Virus record (IMG/VR): IMGVR_UViG_3300043432_000083
Span: 33,761 to 97,760 of that record
From: a virus
Lineage: Duplodnaviria; Caudoviricetes
Reading direction: 5' to 3' (one strand)
DNA length: 64,000 bases
The position numbers were made by a program, and so were the translations under genes. Positions 35,188 to 45,011 of this stretch are shown piece after piece. Numbering within the stretch: the stretch's first letter is position 1; each line of letters opens with the position of its first letter. The notes beneath the pieces are model-generated. The model had not been told where the DNA came from. It did not search any database and saw only the letters and a program-made list of their open reading frames with translations.

Positions 35188-35199
35188 CGCCTCACCTTC

Positions 35200-35358
35200 C
35201 TATCTCCACTCCAATTTTATACACCCATAGCCATGCAACTTCGCCGTATACAACTTGAAGATCACCTGGATAATCGACTCCCCCTCCCACCAGAGGCGAT
35301 ACTTGTATCCAAGTTTCACGTCTGGCACCCACACCTCTATGGTCCACCTATGCCCCAT
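35200..35358 (-). CDS. 52-aa hypothetical protein (not in ORF track)
   Basis: MGHRWTIEVW...GESII...GYGCIKLEWR; GAGG RBS; fills gap. Confidence 0.6.
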   Translation of the reverse strand: MGHRWTIEVWVPDVKLGYKYRLWWEGESIIQVIFKLYTAKLHGYGCIKLEWR

Positions 35359-35386
35359 CGCCTCACCCTCCGAGCGCCGAGGGGCG

Positions 35387-35761
35387 CTATTTCACTAAGA
35401 TACGCCTGCCCAGCGGATCAACCGGCGGACCTGGATCGGACACAACTGGAGCCGGGGCGGGCTCGAAGATATGCGGCGGAATCATGATCGCCTGCTGAAT
35501 CGACTCCTGCATCTGTTCAAGCTGCCCGTGCCAGTCTGGTCCCTGCGGAACAGGGATGGGCTGCCAGTGCGGAGAATAGTATATCTCATATCGACCCCTA
35601 TACTGATCCCAATAATAACGTGGCTGAGTGTCTCTCGCTGAACGATATTGCTCAAATGTCTCCTCAGCCTTCATCAGCACCGTTCCAAATTCCTCCAGTC
35701 GATCAGCGGTCCCATCGGCAGACTCTATCCACAGCTGTCCCCAATTTTTCATGTCTGGCAT
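35387..35761 (-). CDS. Hypothetical protein ending LGRRILVK
   Basis: Start reassigned to MPDMKNW (GGGGAG RBS). Confidence 0.6.
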   Translation of the reverse strand: MPDMKNWGQLWIESADGTADRLEEFGTVLMKAEETFEQYRSARDTQPRYYWDQYRGRYEIYYSPHWQPIPVPQGPDWHGQLEQMQESIQQAIMIPPHIFEPAPAPVVSDPGPPVDPLGRRILVK

Positions 35762-35763
35762 CT

Positions 35764-36363
35764 TTACTCCCCTTCTGGCCGAACCAGTATCCGCTGGCCC
35801 AGTTGGATTGTTAGTTCCTTTGCCTCGCTCTTCTGCCTTTTCTGCACCCTGCCAAAATGTAGATGCGTGAACTGATCCCATAGTGGCTCTGTACCCCCTC
35901 GCTTCTGATATTCGTCCAACAGAGGCTGCGCCCCGATAATATCGTGGTATTGAAGAAATTGCAGACTATAATTGAAATTGAACATCAGGGAATTCCCATC
36001 GAAGATCTCGGACATATCTTGGACAATCGCCTCACCCACCGTTCCAGTTCCAATAACAGCATAAGGAAAAGCCTCTGTCTCCTTGAATTTCGCTTGCAGA
36101 TAGCCCAGCAAGACCTCCACAGAATCGTAACTGGAATAACATCTTCTTATCCCTTGTCCTATCGATTCGCGATCCATCACCTCATACGGAATCTGCACCT
36201 CCACCTCAGCAGAAAGTCGCTGTGGCCCGATCTGAATTGCTCTTCTAGAACCTTCCACGCGATACATATTCTCCATCGGAATGTCTTGTCGCATCTCTAT
36301 CCGCCTGACGTATCCAGTGTAGTCCGTTCTATTCATCACGAAGATATGCTGCATGCCAATCAT
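35764..36363 (-). CDS. Hypothetical protein ending LGQRILVRPEGE
   Basis: Start reassigned to MIGMQH (AGGAG RBS, ATGA overlap). Confidence 0.6.
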   Translation of the reverse strand: MIGMQHIFVMNRTDYTGYVRRIEMRQDIPMENMYRVEGSRRAIQIGPQRLSAEVEVQIPYEVMDRESIGQGIRRCYSSYDSVEVLLGYLQAKFKETEAFPYAVIGTGTVGEAIVQDMSEIFDGNSLMFNFNYSLQFLQYHDIIGAQPLLDEYQKRGGTEPLWDQFTHLHFGRVQKRQKSEAKELTIQLGQRILVRPEGE

Positions 36364-36866
36364 AGCAATTTCTCCTGTGGGACTAAGATACGGGAGTCCA
36401 AGTCGATTATCGTTATGCCCGGCGCGTCTCTGCGAACAAGCGGACCTCGACAACTCATCACGGTCGGAGGGGACTGCCTGAAATCTACAAAGACCGGCTG
36501 AGATCGAGCGCGAATATTTGCAAGAACATCCCGAGCCAAGATGCGAAAGCACACGCGACCTATATACTCATAAGGAAGGGAATAGTGCAGATAATAAGCC
36601 GTATCAGTATGAAGATCCTCATACGCGCTGTATGCAATAAAGCTGGATCTTTCATCTTCAACACTCACCTGCAAATCAAATCGAGCGGTTTGCCATATAA
36701 TAGCATGCTCATCATCGAAATAGGGTCGGAATGATGATCCAGCAAAACGAAAAATCAATGTAACCCCTGAGAAACTGGATATTTGCTCACAAAACAGTTC
36801 TGGCTCGAATGGCAATACAGGCTTCTGCTCTGGCTCTTCTTCGGACTTGATCAGTCTATTCCACAT
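36360..36866 (-). CDS. Hypothetical protein ending LDSRILVPQEKLL
   Basis: Start reassigned to MWNRL. Confidence 0.55.
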   Translation of the reverse strand: MWNRLIKSEEEPEQKPVLPFEPELFCEQISSFSGVTLIFRFAGSSFRPYFDDEHAIIWQTARFDLQVSVEDERSSFIAYSAYEDLHTDTAYYLHYSLPYEYIGRVCFRILARDVLANIRARSQPVFVDFRQSPPTVMSCRGPLVRRDAPGITIIDLDSRILVPQEKLL

Positions 36867-36969
36867 GACCCAAGAGTCTCCAGAATACGAAGCTGGCCAA
36901 GAGGAATGCCGCGATCCCAATGCCGGACGCGAAACACACCGAATCCATTAGCTCCAGACAATCAATCAT
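36856..36969 (-). CDS. 37-aa single-TM micro-protein
   Basis: MIDCLELMDSVCFASGIGIAAFLLASFVFWRLLGHVE; GGAGGAG RBS. Confidence 0.5.
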   Translation of the reverse strand: MIDCLELMDSVCFASGIGIAAFLLASFVFWRLLGHVE

Positions 36970-37371
36970 TTACTCCTCCTTCGGCGGCTTGATCGTCCGC
37001 TCCTCCTCCAGCACATGCGGAACTCCGCATTGAAAGGTCATCCGCACTGCGCCGTAGTCGACATTCTGCCATCCCGTCTCCGCCATCTCCGACGCTAGAA
37101 TGCGTCGTGTCTCTCGAATCAGTCCGATCTGTCCCGGCGCACTCATCGTTATTGTCAGGTCTCCGCGATATCCGTTGCTCGGGTCGAGCCACTTCCCTAG
37201 TCGGTCCGCGACCCACCGAGGCAGCAGCAGCATCTGCATCGGCGCTTGTTCCGTCGAATTGACGATGGTGTGCTGTGCTTCGATCTGGTGTTCGGCATCC
37301 AGACGCCCAGGGCGGAAGCACACATCCTGGAAGATCGGGCAGTGATAGCCATAGATCGGATGCTCAGTCAT
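36970..37371 (-). CDS. Hypothetical protein with C-terminal DUF2292/YezD-like segment
   Basis: YGAVRMTFQCG.P..LEEERTIK. Confidence 0.5.
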   Translation of the reverse strand: MTEHPIYGYHCPIFQDVCFRPGRLDAEHQIEAQHTIVNSTEQAPMQMLLLPRWVADRLGKWLDPSNGYRGDLTITMSAPGQIGLIRETRRILASEMAETGWQNVDYGAVRMTFQCGVPHVLEEERTIKPPKEE

Positions 37372-39169
37372 CTGCGCTCAGCCTCCTTCCTCCAGGAGTC
37401 CATAATCGCTTTCCCGCTCCCTCTTGACTCAGCCGCTGTCCGCCAGTCTTCCCTGCCATATACATGCCGGTGGTCATGCCGATGCGCGGAGGGCCTGCCG
37501 GGAATCGCGACCACACCCAATACTCAAAATCATCGCTCAGATGAGACAAGCCAAGCTGCTTCTGCACCCGGTCGGACTTGTCCTTCAGTCCGTCAGAACC
37601 CAGCGGCATCTGCTCAAACTCCGCAATCATCTCGATGCATCGAGGCGCGACCTTGACGAAGCGTCGCTCCTGTCCATTCACGCGATAGCAGAGCATCTGG
37701 TTCGCCCGGTTCAGTCGATCCCGCAGCGGCGGATTCGCGCTCCCAGGCTGCACCATCAATCGAAATCCAGGCACGTGCTTGCAGTAGTCCATCACAATCT
37801 GATAGCTGGTGATCCCTGCTGAAGTGCGAGAGTGTCCAGTCGCATCTCCGTAGATCCATACCCCGCCCGTATGGCCATTGCTACGGAGGTATTCAGGCAA
37901 GCGGCTGCCTCCTGTTCCGTACCGACGCAAGAATTCGATGCACGTGTCCGGCGTGGCGGCAGTCGGCAATGCGATCACATCAAGAATCCACCACTCCTGC
38001 CCATAGTCCTCCGGTGCCTGCTGCAAGATAAAGCTACACATCTTCATGTTGATGCCTGGATTGAAGTCCATGCTCCATTCCAGCGGCTTTCCCGGTTGCA
38101 CCTCTGGATTGAACGGCAGGATGTTCCCGACAGGCGCAATGGAAGAGGAGAAAGCCCAGAATGCTCGGTTGCCGACTGCCGTTCCTGGCTTCTCGCACAA
38201 GAACTGCACCAGGCGACTCTGCGCATTCGCCTTCATCCAATGATCGGCCATCACTGGGATCGGGACATGCCCCTGTGACCGACGCGCTTTCTCGCCTCCA
38301 CAGACCGACCTGATCCGAACAGTTCCATCCGGTCCGACCTCCTCCATCTCATACAATGGACAGCGCCCGACCGTCCCATCCAACAGCGGAACTTCATTAC
38401 AGTCATACGTACAGGTGCGTAAACTTTCGAACATGCAGAAGCGGCGGACCGGTAGAAAGGGAAACTCTTGAAGGATACGATTGACCGTACCTGTGCTGGT
38501 GTATTGTGTACTCGTCTCAATGAACTGTGCTCGTGGACCCATTGGTGTCTTCAGAAACTGCTGCCGCACATCATAAGGGATCAGATCCAATTCATCCAGT
38601 ACCGACAGCTCCGGATGTGGACCGGATGCCTGCGCCAGTGTCCCAGGTAGCCACTCAATTTTGCCACCATTAAGAAATTCCGCCTTTTCATGTCCGGGTT
38701 CCGACGTCGTCAGCATCTCGCTCCATGGCTTGATTGAGACCTGGCTATGAAAGTAATCTCTAGCGCGGTTCGCCTGATTTTCCACTGCGCCCATATGCGC
38801 GATGGAAAAGTGTCGGAACCGCATCAGCATATGCTCCAGGAAAGCCAGCATCAATGTCTTACCTGCGAATCGACTCGCGATCAAGATTTCATGGCGAATC
38901 AGTCCGGACCACAATTCCCACAGCACATCGAGCGGCGCATCGTGATCGGGGCATATTGCTATCGGACTGAATGTCAATCCAGTCTTGCCTTCTCCATTGC
39001 ATTCCGGACAGATCATCACACCGTTGATGTTGGCATACTGACCTGCGCCTTTGCAACTCCCGCAAGGGAACCGACAGACTTCCTTGGCATAGAGATAGAG
39101 CTCCTCCTTTGTCGTCGGAGGGCGAGTCGCCAAGGCGGCCAGCATAATGTCATGTTCTGTAGTGCGCAT
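37364..39169 (-). CDS. Terminase large subunit
   Basis: Walker A ASRFAGKT, Walker B VLDELD, nuclease MDFN, YGDATG, SHLSDDFEY; start MRTTEH (TGATG overlap). Confidence 0.88.
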   Translation of the reverse strand: MRTTEHDIMLAALATRPPTTKEELYLYAKEVCRFPCGSCKGAGQYANINGVMICPECNGEGKTGLTFSPIAICPDHDAPLDVLWELWSGLIRHEILIASRFAGKTLMLAFLEHMLMRFRHFSIAHMGAVENQANRARDYFHSQVSIKPWSEMLTTSEPGHEKAEFLNGGKIEWLPGTLAQASGPHPELSVLDELDLIPYDVRQQFLKTPMGPRAQFIETSTQYTSTGTVNRILQEFPFLPVRRFCMFESLRTCTYDCNEVPLLDGTVGRCPLYEMEEVGPDGTVRIRSVCGGEKARRSQGHVPIPVMADHWMKANAQSRLVQFLCEKPGTAVGNRAFWAFSSSIAPVGNILPFNPEVQPGKPLEWSMDFNPGINMKMCSFILQQAPEDYGQEWWILDVIALPTAATPDTCIEFLRRYGTGGSRLPEYLRSNGHTGGVWIYGDATGHSRTSAGITSYQIVMDYCKHVPGFRLMVQPGSANPPLRDRLNRANQMLCYRVNGQERRFVKVAPRCIEMIAEFEQMPLGSDGLKDKSDRVQKQLGLSHLSDDFEYWVWSRFPAGPPRIGMTTGMYMAGKTGGQRLSQEGAGKRLWTPGGRRLSADD

Positions 39170-39888
39170 CACTCCGGCTTCTGGCGACTCTTCGCCATCT
39201 CCAGCATCAGCCCGACGAACTCCGTGCTGGTCAATGTCGCTACCTTCTCCTTCATTGCGGTCATTGCCGCAATCCGTGACAGCGTCTCCATCTCTTCTGT
39301 ACTGTCCTTGCGCTTCTTGTCCTGTGAATCCCCGACCTCCTCGCGGATCTCGCGCAAACACTCCAGTGCCCGGTCCCAGGCCTCCCGAGCGAACCGAGGA
39401 GGTGAAGACATCTGTGACAGCCGGAGTACATCCAGCTCAACCGACTCTGTCCCGATCTCCCATGCTTCAACATCCTTCGGCAGTGTCCAGCCCAATCCCT
39501 GACAGTCCTTGCACTCCCTCTGTCCGATCACACCCTTACACTTCTTACACGGCAAACGATAGAACTCCCGAAGCGTCAGCGAATACAACCGAACCAGCTC
39601 ATCCAACCGCGTCCGACGATAACGCAGCGGAACCGCCTCAATCTCCTGGTTCCACAGTTCCCGACGTTGGCGAAGCTCGTCTTTATGAACAATCAAGTAG
39701 GCTCGGATCGCCCCCTCTCCAATCTCCACACCCTGCTCTTCGCGCAGAATATTCCGAATGCGTCCTGGCTTATACCCCTGGGCCAGCAAGGACAACACAT
39801 AATCTTGCTGCGCGATGGACAGCTTGGGGCCTTTGGTCGGGAGGAAGGCTCGACGTCGAGCGGGGAGCTTTGGTGTCGTTCGCTTCAT
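39169..39888 (-). CDS. Putative terminase small subunit
   Basis: N-terminal HTH (KLSIAQQDYVLSLLAQGY..I..ILREE.GVEI), RL.EL, L.EIREEVG; directly upstream of TerL. Confidence 0.65.
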   Translation of the reverse strand: MKRTTPKLPARRRAFLPTKGPKLSIAQQDYVLSLLAQGYKPGRIRNILREEQGVEIGEGAIRAYLIVHKDELRQRRELWNQEIEAVPLRYRRTRLDELVRLYSLTLREFYRLPCKKCKGVIGQRECKDCQGLGWTLPKDVEAWEIGTESVELDVLRLSQMSSPPRFAREAWDRALECLREIREEVGDSQDKKRKDSTEEMETLSRIAAMTAMKEKVATLTSTEFVGLMLEMAKSRQKPE

Positions 39889-40208
39889 GCCGAGGCTCGG
39901 GATCGATTGACGATAGCCGCTTTCGCAATGCTGCGTTGTCGACACAGCGTCCGCTTGCAGATCCCGTAATCAGGACTTTTAGATTCCAGATAGGCCATCA
40001 GCTTCGCATTCTCCGCCTTTGTCAAGCATACTTCGCCTTCCTGCCAGTCGGCGCCCATATCATTAATCTCCAGTCGCTGCTTCCACGCCCCGCCCTTGCC
40101 TCGGATGAGCATCTGCCTGTCCTCCATTTCGACCATGCTGTTGACCGAATACAGTGTGCAACCAAAGTGGATAGTAGGCATAACAATATCCATTCCCGAT
40201 CCAGCCAT
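39885..40208 (-). CDS. Hypothetical protein (start uncertain)
   Basis: Stop overlaps TerS start. Confidence 0.4.
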   Translation of the reverse strand: MAGSGMDIVMPTIHFGCTLYSVNSMVEMEDRQMLIRGKGGAWKQRLEINDMGADWQEGEVCLTKAENAKLMAYLESKSPDYGICKRTLCRQRSIAKAAIVNRSRASA

Positions 40209-40343
40209 TCTCGTTTAGAAATTGTCGAAACGCCCGCTCATACTCGTTGCTCGGCGGCAAGATATCATGGGATGGATCATGATGACACTTCTCCGTTCCG
40301 GACTTGCCACCCGCAATCGTCAGCCAATCAGAGAGATCCTGCC

Positions 40344-40682
40344 TCACAGAACGCACTCGCTCATAACCTCCACATAGGACTCTTTCAAGACAAGGACCAA
40401 ATACCAGACTCGCAGCCAAACCCTCGGATCAGGAGAGAACATCGCCAGCCTTATCCACTCGTGGTTCCGCTTGATCTCATCCAGCTTCCAATTCAAACGA
40501 TACCACTCGTCGTCTATATTATCCGCTCGTTGCATCATCTGAGACAGAACAGTGTCCCAAGGGTTCCAAATATAGATTTGCTGCTGTCTGGTACACCAGG
40601 CCAGCCAAATGACCTGCAATACGCAGTACAGAACTATAAGAGGATATATAACCAAAAAGATTCGCAGAAACAGATCACCCAC
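40344..40682 (-). CDS. Hypothetical membrane-anchored protein
   Basis: GTG start after GAGGT RBS; hydrophobic N-terminus. Confidence 0.5.
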   Translation of the reverse strand: MGDLFLRIFLVIYPLIVLYCVLQVIWLAWCTRQQQIYIWNPWDTVLSQMMQRADNIDDEWYRLNWKLDEIKRNHEWIRLAMFSPDPRVWLRVWYLVLVLKESYVEVMSECVL

Positions 40683-41289
40683 ACGCCACCTCGCTGATGC
40701 CATCTCGCTGCTTGACCTCAAAGGTCCGATCTGCGAACTCCGACAGCTCCCGCGAATGGGTCACCATGATGATCTGCAACCCAAATCGGTCTGACAATTC
40801 CCGAAGCATCTGCCCAGCCAATGGCAACCGAGCGGCACTCAAGAATCTGAACGGCTCGTCTAGTATCAGCACCGCTCTGCTGCGACGTGGCGAGAGACGC
40901 CACAGCGCCACCCGCAGTGCGAAAGCTGCCACATCCACCGCTCCGCCGCCCGATGCGCTCAGCGGATCGATCTCCTCCCCGTTCCTCGCAAATACGATGT
41001 CCGCTTCGGTTTTGCCTCGCCGCACGACGAAATGCACCTTGAGCTGATACGGATCCGGAAACACCGAGGCCAATGCCAGAGTGACCAGCTCAGAAATATG
41101 GTATTCCAATTCTTGCTGCGTTTGTTGCGCAATCTGCTGAATAATAACCTGGGCCTGCTCTGCGAATCCGATCTCCCGGCTTAGGACACGAACCTGCTTT
41201 GCCGTGCGATCAAGCTGCTCCTTCACCTGGTCTCGCCGACCCGTCTCGCGTTCCAGCTTAGTTCGGAATTGCAGAATCTCAGAAGGCAT
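40675..41289 (-). CDS. Rad50/SbcC-like ATPase, C-terminal half
   Basis: Coiled coil, signature SASGGG, Walker B LILDEPF, MVTH. Confidence 0.88.
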   Translation of the reverse strand: MPSEILQFRTKLERETGRRDQVKEQLDRTAKQVRVLSREIGFAEQAQVIIQQIAQQTQQELEYHISELVTLALASVFPDPYQLKVHFVVRRGKTEADIVFARNGEEIDPLSASGGGAVDVAAFALRVALWRLSPRRSRAVLILDEPFRFLSAARLPLAGQMLRELSDRFGLQIIMVTHSRELSEFADRTFEVKQRDGISEVACG

Positions 41290-41518
41290 AGGACTCCCGC
41301 ATCTCCGTCAACTTGCGCTCCAACACTATCTGCTTATCCTTCAGCTCCTTGGATAGAGACTGCTGCTTCGCTTCCCCTTCCTCCAGCGTCTTGCAATTGA
41401 ATTCAGATCGAAGCCGATCCTGAAGCGAAGACAGTTTACCTTCTAACCGAGACTTCTTGTCCTTCGTCTCTTCAATCCTGCGCTTCATCTTCAGCAATTC
41501 CGACGCAATATCAGCCAT
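41279..41518 (-). CDS. Small coiled-coil protein in the Mre11/Rad50 cluster
   Basis: 79 aa, heptad-rich. Confidence 0.7.
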   Translation of the reverse strand: MADIASELLKMKRRIEETKDKKSRLEGKLSSLQDRLRSEFNCKTLEEGEAKQQSLSKELKDKQIVLERKLTEMRESYAF

Positions 41519-42476
41519 CGATGTTCCTCCATACCTCTTCCCGCACAGCCTGCCGAATCCCGTTCTGCTCCATGAACCGCTCCAGGTTCTGCCGAAAACT
41601 CAATCCCAATTCGATGCCTTCCCCACCCAGCCGAGACAGGAACGCCTCCATGCGCTCGTTTTTCTCCTGCTCCTGGATCACATGATCGTCCCGCATGACG
41701 CCCTGCTCAATCGGCACATCGACCGCTTCGACCGACCCATCCTCATACCAGAGCCACACCTGCGGCTGTCGGTTCTTCTCGTCGGCGGTCATGCGCAGAA
41801 TGCCCCCAGGATTGACCAAGGCTCGCCCGTCCTCTGTCCGATGACAGAACGACCGATGATAGTGTCCCGTAACGATCAACCGGAACGATTCGCACTCCCG
41901 ATGCAATGCGGCATCCGTCAGCCCTTCTCGTTCTGAGCCCGGCCAGGGCATCCGGCCAGACGGATACACCAGTCCATGATACAACAGAATAGGTTTGCTA
42001 TTGAATGAACACGCCTTTCTGAAAGTCCTCCAGAAGGTCTCCGTAGTCGAAAGGTCTCCTCCCCACGGAATGCCCCATCCGACAAGGTCCTTCCAAGCCT
42101 CAATGCAGTCATTCAGCCCCAGCACCGTCACATGCCGCCCAGTCCTCAGCGTATTCAATCCCGACCGATGGAATAGATCGAGACTATGCTGCGGCAGATC
42201 GTGATTGCCAGGGATGGTGAAGAACGGTTTTGGCAGATTGTTAATGGCAAATGAAATCAAAGCCGGACTTGGCTTGTGAAGGTTGAAGGTATCTCCTGCA
42301 TCCAGCACAGGGACGCCTCCACACTTCTGCTGAAGCTCCTTGAGCCAGGACAGTTTCCGCTCCAACGTCGTCAGAACCTCGTCTGTCCGGCAGACCGGCG
42401 TATCCTCCCGGAGGTGCAGGTCCGAGGTCAGGATTGCCTGGACATTTGCTCGCTTAGTTGGGGAAGTTCGTTTCAT
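41511..42476 (-). CDS. Mre11/SbcD-like metallophosphoesterase nuclease
   Basis: SDLH, AGD, GNHD, GHYH, NPG motifs. Confidence 0.9.
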   Translation of the reverse strand: MKRTSPTKRANVQAILTSDLHLREDTPVCRTDEVLTTLERKLSWLKELQQKCGGVPVLDAGDTFNLHKPSPALISFAINNLPKPFFTIPGNHDLPQHSLDLFHRSGLNTLRTGRHVTVLGLNDCIEAWKDLVGWGIPWGGDLSTTETFWRTFRKACSFNSKPILLYHGLVYPSGRMPWPGSEREGLTDAALHRECESFRLIVTGHYHRSFCHRTEDGRALVNPGGILRMTADEKNRQPQVWLWYEDGSVEAVDVPIEQGVMRDDHVIQEQEKNERMEAFLSRLGGEGIELGLSFRQNLERFMEQNGIRQAVREEVWRNIDG

Positions 42477-42734
42477 TTATGACATGCTTTCAAGTGCCTT
42501 TATCGTTTCATTCGCGCCCCAATAATCATTAAATTCCTTGGCCTTCAAGAAAACAAGATGATACTGATGACCTGTCAGAAGTGTTCGAAGGTCCTCAGCA
42601 AGCGATTCCACAAAACGGTCTCTCTCTTCTTGAGAACCCATATTCTTTATTCGAACTTTACGCGCACGACTATCTGCTAAGTCCAGCGAACGAAGCGTTA
42701 CTGCATCTTCCTCAGCTTGGGATAAGTATGGCAT
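42477..42734 (-). CDS. Hypothetical protein
   Basis: 85-aa ORF with GGAG RBS. Confidence 0.55.
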   Translation of the reverse strand: MPYLSQAEEDAVTLRSLDLADSRARKVRIKNMGSQEERDRFVESLAEDLRTLLTGHQYHLVFLKAKEFNDYWGANETIKALESMS

Positions 42735-42785
42735 ATTAATATCTCCCTCTACTTATTCATGCACGGAGTGATTAACTTCACATTG

Positions 42786-43199
42786 TCACCAGCTTATCGT
42801 GAAAATCTTCTTGCCAATATGCTGTCCCAGAAACTCGCAAACACTGTCCGCCGATGCCACAGAATACCTTGTCGTATTCTCAATCGACATCGCTTCTCGA
42901 ATCTGCTTAATCAGTTCCTCTGTGATAATCGGGAACTCCTCTCCAATTAGCTCTGATACCCTGGCGACCGCACCTGGTATGTATGTCTCTTCCTGATCAA
43001 ATAGATTCGCCTTCAGCCAAGACACTTCTCCAACCCACACACCGGCAGTGTTCCGAACGCACTCGTTGCTGGGGTCGTCATATCTCCTATTCGCATCTAT
43101 ATCAAAAAATTTCGAACCAAGCGTCGAGCTTTTGAAATACGCGACATCCTGCTCGCTGGCATATTCAAGGATATGTATGTGCAAATCAGCCGCCATCAA
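42786..43199 (-). CDS. Hypothetical protein
   Basis: 137-aa ORF coupled to upstream stop. Confidence 0.65.
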   Translation of the reverse strand: MMAADLHIHILEYASEQDVAYFKSSTLGSKFFDIDANRRYDDPSNECVRNTAGVWVGEVSWLKANLFDQEETYIPGAVARVSELIGEEFPIITEELIKQIREAMSIENTTRYSVASADSVCEFLGQHIGKKIFTISW

Positions 43200-44254
43200 T
43201 GATCTCCCTCAATTACCTGCCCACACAATGGGCACTCGTCGGGCATGTTCTCGTGATATTCCACTTCCAGTTCCTGCACCTCTCGCTCCATCTGCCCAAC
43301 CTTCGCCTGCTCGCTGCGATACTCATCCAACAATCCATCTAGCCTCGATAGCCGATCCCATCCTGCCGCCAGCGCCTTGCTGTCCAAAATCCACACGTCG
43401 TAGAGCATCCCAAGCCCATCAGCATCCGGCAGCCCGATCAAGTCCGCCTGCGTTGCTTTCAAGTCTCGCAGGACAGCGGACAAGGTGTGTTCCTTCTCTG
43501 TCAGCTCGAAGACCTGTTGAGATAGTCCGGTAACTTCCACAACCAATCGCTCAGCGCCCGACATGTCCGGCAGATCGGACAATAGAGATTGTAGCTCATT
43601 CCACTCCCTCACGATCCCATCGATCTGGACAGACAATGCCGACAGATCCTCGACTGACTGCTCCAGCAGCTCTGCGTCCCGAACATCCCGCTCCATCTGA
43701 TCCAGATAGTCGAACTGCTGATGCTGCTCCTCCAGGCTCGCCTTTTGCTGCTCCGCGACTTTCAGCTCGGCATTTTTGTCCCGCAATCGCTTGGCGGCAT
43801 TGAACAGCGCCACGTCAATCTCGTCCAGGTGGGCGATCCGGTTCAGCGTCTGCGCCACCTCGCCCGGCGACACCGACAGGAGGAACGGCGCGTCAAGCTG
43901 CCGCTGCACATTCAGGTCAGGATCGAGGTTCAGCAACTTCTCTACTTCCTCTGGCACGCTTGTCCCAATCGCCGACAGTGTCGTCCCGTTGACGACATAA
44001 CCCCGCCCATCCATGTTGCAAAACCGCATCACGACATCATGCGCATCGGTCGTGATCGCCACCGAGACGTCGCTCTCGCCGTGGCGCAGAAAGGCATTGC
44101 CCAGCGGACGATTGGTCAGGACCCAATTAATCGCCCGAAGGACAGAAGACTTACCGGAATCGGACTCACCGACTATTACATTGATTCCTGGCGCGAACTC
44201 CAGGACAGAGTCCTGATGTGATTGAAAGTTGGAGATTATCAGACTAGAAATCAC
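43196..44254 (-). CDS. Rad50/SbcC-like ATPase, N-terminal half ending in Zn hook
   Basis: Start reassigned to GTG 44254: NFQSH, Walker A GESDSGKS, Q-loop QRQLDAPFLL, C-terminal CPLCG. Confidence 0.88.
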   Translation of the reverse strand: MISSLIISNFQSHQDSVLEFAPGINVIVGESDSGKSSVLRAINWVLTNRPLGNAFLRHGESDVSVAITTDAHDVVMRFCNMDGRGYVVNGTTLSAIGTSVPEEVEKLLNLDPDLNVQRQLDAPFLLSVSPGEVAQTLNRIAHLDEIDVALFNAAKRLRDKNAELKVAEQQKASLEEQHQQFDYLDQMERDVRDAELLEQSVEDLSALSVQIDGIVREWNELQSLLSDLPDMSGAERLVVEVTGLSQQVFELTEKEHTLSAVLRDLKATQADLIGLPDADGLGMLYDVWILDSKALAAGWDRLSRLDGLLDEYRSEQAKVGQMEREVQELEVEYHENMPDECPLCGQVIEGDH

Positions 44255-44826
44255 TTGAGCATCCCTATCGCCTTCGGATCGACTTGTTCCAAGAATGTCT
44301 CCAGTCGAAGGAACACCAGCGGCATCTCCGTCAACTGCTTGTCGTCCAGCGTCGCGGTATATCCCAGGATCGGACAGTTCAGCTTGCCGCGAATCTCCTC
44401 CAGCCCCAACACCACGGTAGATTCCAGCACGACTACTGGCTCGTGGAAATCCCGCTTGAAGATCAGCATCGGGATGCGTTTGCTCAGTTCGGCATCCCGC
44501 TGGCACTGCGTCCAGAACTCCAGGATCTGCTTCTTCCCATCCAGCTTCCCGTCGATCAGGTCCAGCAGGTCCCAGGGAATGTTGCGCATCCGTGTTCCCT
44601 TGCGCGTTTTGGAATAGCCATTCTTCGTCTCGATGTTGATCCGCTCGATCAGCGGAGCGCCGACCGCCTTCATCGCCATGATGTCGCCAAGCTGATGCTT
44701 CGCGTCCGGACTCTGTTTCGTCGCCCGCGTCCGGTTGCGCCAGAACACGTCGGCGTCCTCATCATCTGTCCACCACAACGACAGCATCCGACAGACCTGC
44801 CGCTCGAAGTCCGCCCCTTTACCCAC
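44251..44826 (-). CDS. Holliday junction resolvase (Hjc-like PD-(D/E)xK)
   Basis: KGADFER, GDI, IETK, FW.Q...A, PMLIFKR. Confidence 0.82.
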   Translation of the reverse strand: MGKGADFERQVCRMLSLWWTDDEDADVFWRNRTRATKQSPDAKHQLGDIMAMKAVGAPLIERINIETKNGYSKTRKGTRMRNIPWDLLDLIDGKLDGKKQILEFWTQCQRDAELSKRIPMLIFKRDFHEPVVVLESTVVLGLEEIRGKLNCPILGYTATLDDKQLTEMPLVFLRLETFLEQVDPKAIGMLK

Positions 44827-44834
44827 TTAGCGTC

Positions 44835-45011
44835 CTACATGCAGTTCGCATAATATTCATCCCAGCGCTCATTCCAATAGTCATCAGCATCCTTCTGGCA
44901 GGACGGACAGAGCGTGGCCCAATTACTCTCATCATCGACATAGTCCGTTCTCTGCCGAGTTCGATTCGCTCCTGAGCATCCACATTGTTCACAGATTTTA
45001 GCATCACTCAT
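44835..45011 (-). CDS. Small Zn-finger protein
   Basis: CEQC...LCPSC. Confidence 0.6.
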   Translation of the reverse strand: MSDAKICEQCGCSGANRTRQRTDYVDDESNWATLCPSCQKDADDYWNERWDEYYANCM

